Shown: positions 25,481 through 35,070 of the stretch, piece by piece
Layout of the letters: the number at the start of each line of letters is the position of its first letter
Position numbering within the stretch: the stretch's first letter is position 1
From: Klebsormidium nitens
Taxonomy: Eukaryota > Plantae > Klebsormidiophyceae
Assembly (NCBI GenBank): GCA_000708835.1
Contig: DF237051.1
Span: 139,037-203,036, forward strand
Direction: 5' to 3'
DNA: 64,000 bases
The notes under the pieces: model-generated
Told to the model about the DNA's origin: nothing
The model's input: the letters and a program-made list of their open reading frames with translations, nothing else
Database searches by the model: none
Translations under genes and position numbers: made by a program

Positions 25481-25567
25481 CTCACTGTCTCGAAATTTTA
25501 GATACTGGTACTACTACAGATTACACAGTCAGCAGACGGTCAGGTTTTGAAGAAGTTGACTGGGTTG

Positions 25568-26401
25568 TTAGCACAATATCTGCTCTATCACTGAAAACCT
25601 CCAATCTCGACCATACTTGCAGGTAAGCAGCATGTGCGCGGAGGTATGCAAGCCAGATCCGCTTGCGGAAAATTCTCCTCTCAAGTGTAGTACTTCGACT
25701 GGAGAACTCTCGTACACTTTTTCCCCAAAAACTTTACATTGAATGGAAGGCCTGCGCCAGATTCCTCTTGATACCGGCGGTCCGACGAGATCCCTCTGAA
25801 CGAGAATTTCTGCAGTCACTGAGCCAAACCCCCAATCGTCAGTACCCGCACGGCCCTCGGCGTATATGTCTCCCAAAGCCTGCCCTATCTCCTTGAACGA
25901 GTACAGCGGTTGAAGATGAAGTGGGATCGCTATTACGCCTATCTTTCCCGTTTGTAGTTTTGGGCTGTGAACGCCATAAGCCACCAGCACCCCAAGCAAC
26001 CTTACAAGAACAACAAACCTCGAACTGTAAAGAGAAAGGCGTGATGAGCTGAAGCCGCTTGTGCCCGGAAACGACTCCGACTCGCGCTTTGCTTGAGGGT
26101 TCTGTTCATGTTCTTCAACAACCTGGTTCGCCCAAGTCGCTTCTAGAACGCGCTTGTACCCTCCGAAGACTTCCAATTCAGCCTCTAATATTGCGCCCTC
26201 TTCCGTCAGGTAGTTCCGAAGAGCCCAGATGCTTTGCTCCTTTGCCGAGCCGTGAAAAGCTTCCTTCCACAAGGCAGGGTTTGTTTCCGCTGCCGCCCAA
26301 AAAGCTTTGCACGACGCGACCGCCTGCAGAAACGAGGGGGGATCTTGGGCCGCCAGCTTTTGGAGGATCCCTACAAGTGCATCCGCCGGCAGATCATCCA
26401 T
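25568..26401 (-). CDS. F-box-like array copy 3, intact intronless 277 aa
   Basis: N-terminal F-box-like MDDLPADALVGILQKLAAQDPPSFLQAVASCKAFW...NPALWKEAF, followed by an unrecognised C-terminal domain. Confidence 0.85.
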   Translation of the reverse strand: MDDLPADALVGILQKLAAQDPPSFLQAVASCKAFWAAAETNPALWKEAFHGSAKEQSIWALRNYLTEEGAILEAELEVFGGYKRVLEATWANQVVEEHEQNPQAKRESESFPGTSGFSSSRLSLYSSRFVVLVRLLGVLVAYGVHSPKLQTGKIGVIAIPLHLQPLYSFKEIGQALGDIYAEGRAGTDDWGFGSVTAEILVQRDLVGPPVSRGIWRRPSIQCKVFGEKVYESSPVEVLHLRGEFSASGSGLHTSAHMLLTCKYGRDWRFSVIEQILC

Positions 26402-27481
26402 ACCTCATCAAAAGTATGTGACCTCCAGCTCTTCCAAGGACTAAGCGTTTTACCTGAAGTGAGGACCCCTTCTTAAAGTAAGGACCAGAGGCTTTGTCTT
26501 AATCCTTTACAAACACCGCTAAAGTCAACTTCAAGTCATTTCGGCGCTGCTTGGGCTTGTAGCGCGGCCGCTTTCAAGAGGCTTTGAGCGCTTCGGTCAC
26601 GGTTGCGCGCGGCGGCGCGTCCCGCTCTCAGTGACGCAGGCGGGCGCGATAGCGCGGCCGCCGTGCTGTCGCCGGGTTTGGGAGCCTAGCCGCGGCCGGT
26701 GCCCGCAATGTGCGGCCCCTTCGATCGCGGCAAACCTCGAAACCTTCACTTCCAAATCTTCCCAGAGACGACAGATTTGCGTCCGGCGTCCGTTCGCACT
26801 CATTGCAGCTTATCGACGCAAGGGAGGTTCCTTGCACTCAAACACAGTATAAGCACGAACTTATCCGGAATCCTCAGACCTAAGCAAAGTACTTTGACTT
26901 CATATGTAGAGAGTTGATTACTTCGTTTCGTCTCGTGCCAGCATCTGACCAGGTTTGAAAATCATACGTTTGCCGCTCAGCCCGTACATGACATGTCAGT
27001 CTGCCGTTCAACCTCTGAGGTTGTCTCAGGTGTGCCACACCGACTGTAGCGCGCGGAGCTCGCTCGGACAAGTGCGTTTCGAGCCGCGAGCTTTTGCGTA
27101 TGATAACAGAAGCAGATTTGTTTTGAGTATATGAGAAAAACGATCTTCGTCATGGGACGCTTGTAAGGGATATACTTGCTGACTAGATCAAGTCCTCGGG
27201 GGCTGCCCAGATGTGCTCACCGCTCAGAGGCTTGAAGTCATGACAGCGAATTTTGGCATCGTCGTCCGTTGCCCATTCAACAATGCAATCGACAATGGAA
27301 GCATCCGAGTACAAACTCTGAATGCCACTCTTACTGCGTCACGTTCGGGTGGGACAAAGCAGTGCAGTGTTTCCACACTCCTTCTACACGCACTGTTTAG
27401 AATCGTTTTTGAAATTGGTGCTGCCAATAACACATACGAACTGCAGACGGTCAGAATTCTGAAAACCTCAACTGGTTGCAG

Positions 27482-28315
27482 TTAGCATAAGTTATCCTCA
27501 ATCACTGCAAATTTCCAATCTCGGTTGTACTTGCAGATAACCAGCGTGTGCGCAGGATTAGGCGAGCCAGCTGCGCCTGGGCAAACTTCCCTTTCAGATA
27601 TAGTATGATGACTGGCGATCTTCTCGACAATTTCTCCCCAAACTCTACAGATTGAAGGGAAAGTCTCGTGCCAAATTCCTCGTGATTCTGGCGGCCCGGC
27701 GGCACTCCTGTGAACGAAAATGTCTGCGGACATTGAGCCAATTTCTGAAATATTGGCACCCGCACGCCTCTCGGCGTACAGATCTTTTAAAGCCTGCCCT
27801 AGCTCGTTGAATGAGTACAGAGGTTGGAGATGAATATCGACCTGTGTGTACCCCATCCTCTCCGTTTGTTCTTCCGGGCTGTGAACGCCATATGCCACCA
27901 AAACTCCAAGCAACCTTACAAGAACAACGAATCTCGAGCTTTGAAGAGAAAGGCGTGTTGAGCTGAAGACGCTTGTGCCTCGAAACGACTCCGACTCGCG
28001 CTTTGCTTGAGGGTTTTGTTCAGGGTTCCCGAAAACCCGGTTCGCCCAACTAGCATGCAGAACGCACTTGTACCCTCCCAAGATTTCTAGTTCAGAGTCT
28101 AGCTTTGCTCCCTCTTCGGATAGGAAAGTCTGCAGAGCCCAGATGCGTTGCTCCTTTGCCGAGCCGTGGAAAGCTTCCTTCCACAAGGCAGGGTTTGTTT
28201 CCGCCGCCGCCTCAAAGGCTTTGCACGACGCGACGGCCCGCAGAAAGGAGAGGGGATCTTGGACCGTCAGCTTTTGGTGGATCTCAACAAGTGCATCTGC
28301 GGGCAAATCATCCAT
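27482..28315 (-). CDS. F-box-like array copy 4, intact intronless 277 aa
   Basis: Same length as copy 3 and alignable end to end, ending CKYNRDWKFAVIEDNLC*. Confidence 0.85.
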   Translation of the reverse strand: MDDLPADALVEIHQKLTVQDPLSFLRAVASCKAFEAAAETNPALWKEAFHGSAKEQRIWALQTFLSEEGAKLDSELEILGGYKCVLHASWANRVFGNPEQNPQAKRESESFRGTSVFSSTRLSLQSSRFVVLVRLLGVLVAYGVHSPEEQTERMGYTQVDIHLQPLYSFNELGQALKDLYAERRAGANISEIGSMSADIFVHRSAAGPPESRGIWHETFPSICRVWGEIVEKIASHHTISEREVCPGAAGSPNPAHTLVICKYNRDWKFAVIEDNLC

Positions 28316-30030
28316 GTTTCTTAAAGTACGTGACTGACAGCGGGTTCTTAAGGTCCAACTAGAATTTCGCTAGCAAAGGTGAGCTTTGCTTTTTGAACGA
28401 AGACCAAACAGGCCGGCTTTGACGTTGTCTGGTCAGAGAGAGTCTGTTTAGCGTGCCTGCGCCGCTTCGGCTCTCTGCGCGACTGTTTGGCAGCCCCCGG
28501 CCGCGTTCGCATCGCGTGCTTGCAATCTGCATGAGACAGAAACCCTGCACGAACGCGCGGCCGCGGTGCCGGCCGCGAGTCCCGGCCAGGTCACGCACTG
28601 ATCGGAAGCGATTGCGCGTCAAATCGGAGCCGCCGTCCCGACACGCGCTGCCGCTTCTTCCGCGCCTCGAAGATCGAAGCGAGGACCTAGAACATTGAGC
28701 AATAATATCCGCCTCTCGTAGACCAGGCGCAGAGTATATCGCAGAGGATATCCCCAGAGCGGGTTTGTTTCAGAAGGAGAGAGGAACGAATCTCAGAATG
28801 CCCAAGACGTACTCTCAGGGGTTTCTTCGCAACCTCGGCGTTTAGGGCAGCCGAAAGACCCACGTCATCCTGATAGACGGGCCCGACTGATCATAACGTT
28901 TCAAACCCTGCTGATTCTTGAATATGCTGATGTTTAAAGTACTCTCCGAACTTTGACTGTACTAGACCTGCAAGGCCGTCCCCCGCGTGATGAAGAACGA
29001 GACCTCCGAAGATTGGAAAGGCATTCTTCTCGGCGTGAAGAATTGCACGCCGAGACATAGGTGCTTTGGAATTACATGCAAGTAGTGGAAGCGTGATATC
29101 AAGAACATGTGTGCACTTTCTGTCTTTCTCATTCATAAAGTATAAATCTGCAAGCAGATTCGAGCCCGAAGTAGGAAGGCATCTAGTGATTACATTCGTT
29201 CACAAGGGAACTTATACAAGAGAGGTTTTTGCTGAGCCGGTGTTATGCAAACAACGCCTTAATAGGGATTGAGACTGAAGTGTGGAACTGCCGCCTTCCA
29301 TGCGTGTCCAGAAACACATCTGTCACAGAGCACGGAAACTTGATAGCGGCCAGTGATTTTATTTGATCACTTTGGAATCATGGAGCAGTAAAAGGACCGA
29401 ACTCCGCCTCTTGAAACATAATCGTCCCCTCCGAACGTTCATTTCGAACGTCCGCTCGAATGATCAGCCCTTGAAAGGGAATCCTGCCGAGTTTTTCCTT
29501 TCTCTCTCAGAGACTACTCAGGAAAAATTCCGCACACGGCTTTTATACTACTTTGAACCGATTCTGGATGCTACCCAATCCCCTAAACATTTTCTTTGAA
29601 CCGCTTAGTTCGTCCTTGACAATTGGTTTGGCCCTCTTCCAGAATTTCAAACCTAGCCTGCGATGGTGAAACTGATCACTTTGCTAAGTGCGCTTTGCAG
29701 CATCTGCGCTTGTCTATATGGTCTTTACAAAGAGCCCACGCACCGGAGAATGCTCCCTAGCAACACAAGCTTCTCTGGCGATTAACCCCGGTCGGTTACG
29801 GGCTGGTTAGAGGCTGGTTACATGTCCGGCTCAAACAGTATGATCAGAAATCTAACGTGGTTATGGCCTGGTTATTGGGCCAAGAATCATCCCGTCTGGT
29901 CAACCAGCCTGTAGCAGAATAACCTTCCTATGGCAACCGCCGGGACCAAGAACAGGAACCATCTCCTCGTCACAAACTCCAAGCGCCGCTTATAATGAAA
30001 GCTGCTTGTTGCACCTTTTGTCGGCGTCCT

Positions 30031-30351
30031 TCACGGCTTCTTTGGACCATTGTGTTTGTTCAGCGCAACCCAGGTAACAAACTGCCGCAAGTACAGAGAC
30101 AATAATGTGCCCAGCTGCTTGTAGCCACCCAAAATCTGAATAAGCACCTCAAAATATGCTCTCTGTTCTTCAGTCGCCTGACCGCCCTCTGAGGCCAAAA
30201 ATGGTACAGCTTCCTTCCAGACCTCGGGATGTTTTTCTATTATGCGGCGGAAGCCGCTGCTGGCGCACGTGGACCACAGCAGGGACGGCGGGTCCTGGGC
30301 TGCCAGCTGGCGAGCCACCGTCAGGATGACGTCAATCGGAAGATCATCCAT
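30031..30351 (-). CDS. Diverged, short F-box-like copy 5 (possibly truncated or spliced onward)
   Basis: MDDLPIDVILTVARQLAAQDPPSLLWSTCASSGF...HPEVWKEAV...LGGYKQL matches the N-terminal ~85 aa of copies 1-4, then stops at 30031. Confidence 0.65.
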   Translation of the reverse strand: MDDLPIDVILTVARQLAAQDPPSLLWSTCASSGFRRIIEKHPEVWKEAVPFLASEGGQATEEQRAYFEVLIQILGGYKQLGTLLSLYLRQFVTWVALNKHNGPKKP

Positions 30352-30753
30352 GGCCGCGTTCTTTTGCTTGTCCCGAGAGCTCTTGCCCTCAATTTGAGGC
30401 CGCCGTGCGGCTTCCACCTCAAATGCACATGAAAGGGGTTCCGCAAACCTGTCAGCCGGCCGCGGGTTGCAACGAGGTGTGTGCGCGCGCCCGGGCCGCG
30501 TGGCCGCGATTGCGCCCGCTCTAGCGCGCCGCGACGTACCCCGCCGCGACTTGCTCCGGTTAAAACCCCTTCGCCCCATTTGCCTTATCCAGGTCGTCTC
30601 TGCTATCTTCTAGTAGGTATACGAGAATACAAGCGCAATAGAATCACTGGTGTGCCTGCTTGAAAGCCTCATTGGAAGCGCTGGCGTCCAGCTGCAGTAA
30701 CAACACTCTGAGGATTTCAGACACCACTGCAATACAGAACCGCTGGCGGAACC

Positions 30754-31044
30754 ATGGGCGACTCCATAGGAGAGATAGCGGAGGGCATTTCGCCGGCAGG
30801 CGCTTGCTGTTGGTGCGCATTCTGCGCTACGTGCGCGGTATGCGTCCCCATCGTCCGCCTTTGCACCCGTTTGAAGCGTTTTGGTAAGAAGGTCTTTCGG
30901 TGCGTCACTACTTGCCGGTGTTCGGATCCCAGCATGCATCCGAAGGTTGAGTTTGTTCAGAGTACGCAGATTCCTTACCCGGTAGACGAAAAGGAGATTG
31001 TCACAGCGAGTCCTGCCGGGGCCCCGGTCACAGATGCGCTTTAA
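30754..31044 (+). CDS. Small (96 aa) Cys-rich protein of unknown function
   Basis: aaccATG start and PAGACCWCAFCATCAVCVPIVRLC...VFRCVTTCRC core. Coding status is supported by a diverged paralogue at 32474-33576. Confidence 0.6.
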   Translation: MGDSIGEIAEGISPAGACCWCAFCATCAVCVPIVRLCTRLKRFGKKVFRCVTTCRCSDPSMHPKVEFVQSTQIPYPVDEKEIVTASPAGAPVTDAL

Positions 31045-32473
31045 CTGTAAAGCTGAATCAGGTTGGGTTTCGGTAACCCTCATGTGAACCTTGGCAGGGC
31101 TTATTGGCATCGTGCCTATGAGTGCAAGCCTAAACGTAAGACAATGAAGGATGCGGGTGCAAGGCCTGAATATTCTAGCTTTGGCTCTTCGTCTGTCACA
31201 GAAAGAGTAGCTTGGATGAGACAGTACATATGAATCACTCTGAACTAATTACTAAGCATTTCAGCGTGTTTTACTTTGTTTAGCAAGAACGATTTCATGG
31301 GCTTAATTAATCGGTCTCATCAAAATGCCAAATCGATTGTGAGGTTGTCAGTATATGACCTACAAATTTTCCGCATCTTGAAGTCCTCATCTTTGCATAT
31401 CTTGAGTCTTCACCAGCTAGGACTCTGCATGTCAACTTACAGTGAACAAGATTACAACTCGCTTATGCCCTTTGACGGACGAAAAGCATAGTTGCAGTCG
31501 CTTTAACCTCTCTTTGCATGCGACGTGCACCTCGGAATCATGATTCGAATGACTACAGTACATGGTTGTGACAAGACGTGTAAGGGCGGCGCAGTTTGTC
31601 AAGGATACAATATTGAAGTGCGGGGATAAATGGCGATAAATTAATGGATGGTTGAACTTACACAAAGGCCGGGTGTCAAAATATACATGAAAATTTTCAC
31701 AAGTGCAACGACCGCCTCTGAGTACTTTACATGGTAAGCAGATCGGTGCCGAAATGCACGACGATTCATGCTGAATAAGTAGTAATGACGCTTGTCAGAG
31801 CAGCTTTCCACACAGTTTCAATTCTGAAGAAGCTCCTGGTAAGAGCCTCAGAGACGCCTTATGCTTGGACCCAGAAGGCGATATATAGCCTATGTATCCG
31901 AACTTCATCCAACTCAGTGCTAGTACTGGACAGAGCTTGGCACGAAGCGACATGGCGCGCAGAACAGCGAGCGACAGCTGTCGAGCTCAAAAGTCACACA
32001 TGCTTCGCAGAGAATGATACCGGTAATTATCCCATGTGATAAGCTGAGCGAGTGTGACTCAAACTGAAGGCAGCCTTGCAAGCACAGGCAATCATGTCCA
32101 TTTGGAAGGCTTAGGTTCGGGCTGCCAGCGTGCAAACCACAGCGAGGATTAATCTGATCGGAAGCATCTCTGCCGGCATCAGGTTGTTCCGCTGAACGCG
32201 AAGCCGCCGCTGTCACTCCGCGGGGCTCTGGCGGTCTTGGCGCGGGCGGCCACCTGTCAGCCTCATCGCGCACGCGCCTCGGCCCCGCGGCCGCCCCGGA
32301 CGCGCGCGTCTTAGCCCGTCGCGGCCTGCTGTCACTATTGCTCAATGTTCTATCCTCGCTTCTTTCCCCAGACCACCTCGGAGCGGCTGCTGAGGAAATT
32401 TTGAGACCTGCACGTTGAGGATTCGAGACAGGCACTTAAAAACCTTCCAGCGAATACACCAACTTTCTAAACC

Positions 32474-33576
32474 ATGAAAGCCGTCAACATCACCAAAACG
32501 GAGGTCACGAAGGCGGACGACGCTGTAGTGGAAGTACCGGCCGCCTGCTTCTGCTGCGCATCCTGCACAGGGAGGATTGGTCAGTAACATACGTCCCGTA
32601 ACCTAGGCACCCAGGTTATGCCTAGGTTACGGGACCTAGGTTGTTGACAACCTTGGCATCACCTAGGTTATTGTACCAAGTGTCGGGTTATGCATAGTTT
32701 ACGCGTAACCGGGGTGCCTAGGTTGTAAACAACCTGGGCAGCACCCAGGTTACAAAACTTCGCACCTAGGTTACGCACAACCTGGGTAGATTATCCTTAA
32801 GCTGGGAATATAACGGTATATAGACTTTCTTTGGAGGACGTTTGCAGACCAAAAGGAGCAATAGTATCATGGTAAGGCGCTTGATTCTGGTAGGGACGGT
32901 AAAGAACGTCGGTTCGAGCCCAAGCGCCTACAGTGGCGCTCGTTTTTCCTCTCCCAGAATGGCTTTGAAAAGCACCAAAACAAACACTTTCCCACTCGGT
33001 TTTCTCCATTTCTTTTTTGATTTTGACTTTCGTGCGACTTGGGCATGCTTTGGAACGCTCCTGGCTACAAAATTGTGTCACTCTTGAGGGAAAATCAAGT
33101 CTCATAACGGCCAAAGAGCATCATAAAGTTTCCTTTTTCTCTTTTTGCGCACGTGGGTTATCAACAAACCAGGTCGAAGTTGTTCGCAACCCGGGTCTGC
33201 ATGGGTTGTGCGGAACCTACCTAGGTTAAGAGTGCCACTCAACCCAGGTCCGAGGTTACCTGGGTTACTACCTGGGTTACACCACAACCTATGCAATAAC
33301 CTGGGTACAACCTACCCAGGTTAGCGACCAATCCCCCCTGTGCTGCGCCGCATGTGTGGTGTGCGCCCCTCTTACGTGTGCGTGCAATCTGCTGTCTACG
33401 GTTTTCCGGATTCTTACTTGCAGCTGTTTGGTTACCAGCAGTTCCAGAATGGACCAGGGAGACGGGTTTTTCATGTGACCCAGACTCGCTGGTGGTTTTG
33501 CTGCTGCCCGTGGAATGAGAAAGCTCAGGTTTCCGCACCGAGTCCTGCTGGGGGTTTGTTCAAAACTACGCTCTAG
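32474..33576 (+). pseudogene. Paralogue of the Cys-rich gene, interrupted by a transposon and later frameshifted
   Basis: aaccATG at 32474. With the element removed it reads MKAVNITKTEVTKADDAVVEVPAACFCCASCAACVVCAPLTCACNLLSTVFRILTCSC. The tail PWNEKAQVSAPSPAGGLFKTTL* matches PVDEKEIVTASPAGAPVTDAL* but sits in a different frame. Confidence 0.75.
32566..33342. mobile_element. 777-bp non-autonomous DNA transposon (MITE-like; CACAG-starting TIRs, 3-bp TSD, CACTA/EnSpm-like organisation)
   Basis: Left TIR CACAGGGAGGATTGGTCAGTAAC versus right TIR (reverse complement) CACAGGGGGGATTGGTCGCTAAC, 20/23 identical. CTG duplicated at 32563-32565 and 33343-33345. Dense subterminal (T)AACC(T/C)(A/G)GGTTA-type repeats at ~32593-32795 and ~33160-33325. 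No transposase ORF recognised. Confidence 0.85.
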
Positions 33577-35070
33577 TTGCGACGGTGAGCGAGGCACTTG
33601 ATAATGTTCACATTTGTTTTCCTCAGAGCGAATTTGACTGGCACAGCAGAGCGCTTCTTGTATCCTTGGATAGAACAAGAGGCTGTACAAGAACTATCAA
33701 CGATACATCGTTTTTGGATACCAAGTCTGACAACATGTTCCTCTTTCTGATCAAAACAACAAAGCCATCTTTGTTTTCCTCCTTTGATTGCCTGTTAGTT
33801 TCAACAAACGAGATCGACTTCGTGGAAGAGACCCATGATGGTAAAGTACTTGTGCACGCTAAACAAGGACACTGTGTTCAACTTCAACGATGTTTCACGC
33901 ACAAAGGATGCAAGGCGGGGCATTCAGGTTGACTCAGTTCCCGCAAGGTCCCTTGCAGGTTTTTCCGCACCACGAGTCCGAGCATCAACCTAGAATTTGT
34001 CGCAACGGAAGGTCCTTTTCTGACCGGACTTCGTCAATTACAAGCACTGATTTTTGCAGTCGCTAACTTCTGTTTACTGTTCCAGCTTCACCTCCAGACA
34101 AGGTTAGAGAACTGAGACAGGAGGCATGCAAGCTAGATTGAATGGAGCAGGCCGGATGGATTCTGGACACAGAATGAGTACCGTACGAGACAGTGATATA
34201 CAAGGTTATGCAAAGAATAAAGTGTCGATTAGCGAAACTGGCGACAAGAGTGGGCGCGGCTGCTGCTTAAAGTGCAAGGGGCGCGACCGAATATCAGGCG
34301 CGACCGAATATCAAGCTACTAGTTACTTATATAAATGTTGACGCTTTTGCACTGAGCGCAGTGCCAGTACTAGGCTACTCTAGCCAGCGAGAGCACGGGT
34401 CCATGGCCCGGCAGAGTGGCATGCGTTATATTCTTCCGACCTGTTGTGTCATGCACAGAGTATATACGACAATTTGGCGCGCAGCATGCCATGCAAGGTC
34501 AAGTGGTCGGAAAGATTCAAGCTACGTCGCGCGCGCCGCGCACTGCATGGCCGTGCACATGGCCTCCACGTGAAGCTGGCCGTGTGCAACAGGCCATCTT
34601 TGTGCACTGATGTACAACGGTATGAGTCAGCTTACCACATCTAGCCTCTCTAGGTATACATGTTCGATTGCGCATTTACGGTACATGCAGTGACTGCATG
34701 CCTGCCGCAGGCAATGTATGGGCGGCCGCGCAAACATATAAAGGACCAGCGGACCGTAAGGCCAGCGGCTGCTAAGGGCGGCCAACGCGCCAGACCTGCA
34801 TGAGCGCTGACGGCCACAGCTTCTCATGCGTTCTATCACTTGAAGTGATCATGGCAGCCCAAAACGTCAAGGATCGCGGTCGTCCGTCACTTACAAACAC
34901 AACCCGATCGGGACGAGTCATTGCTTGTGAAGAGGCTTGCCATTCGGGCCACTGCATTCATTCCGCGTCTGTTTATGTCCTATACTCAGCACGAAGCTGG
35001 AGATTGCTCATGTCCCGTGAGACAAAGCAAGAAAGACATTCTGTACAACACGTTTAGCATTCTGAAGGCT

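Noticed and set aside
28891-29600. Continuation exons for F-box copy 5
   Set aside because: Only faint, non-diagnostic similarity to the C-terminal domain of copies 2-4, and I could not build a phase-consistent model.
32593-33325. Interstitial telomere repeats
   Set aside because: The motif is palindromic CCTAGG/CCTGGG-centred, not TTTAGGG/TTTTAGGG, and it is bounded by TIRs and a TSD.
34280-34313. 17-bp direct duplication GGCGCGACCGAATATCA
   Set aside because: An isolated two-copy duplication with no associated structure.
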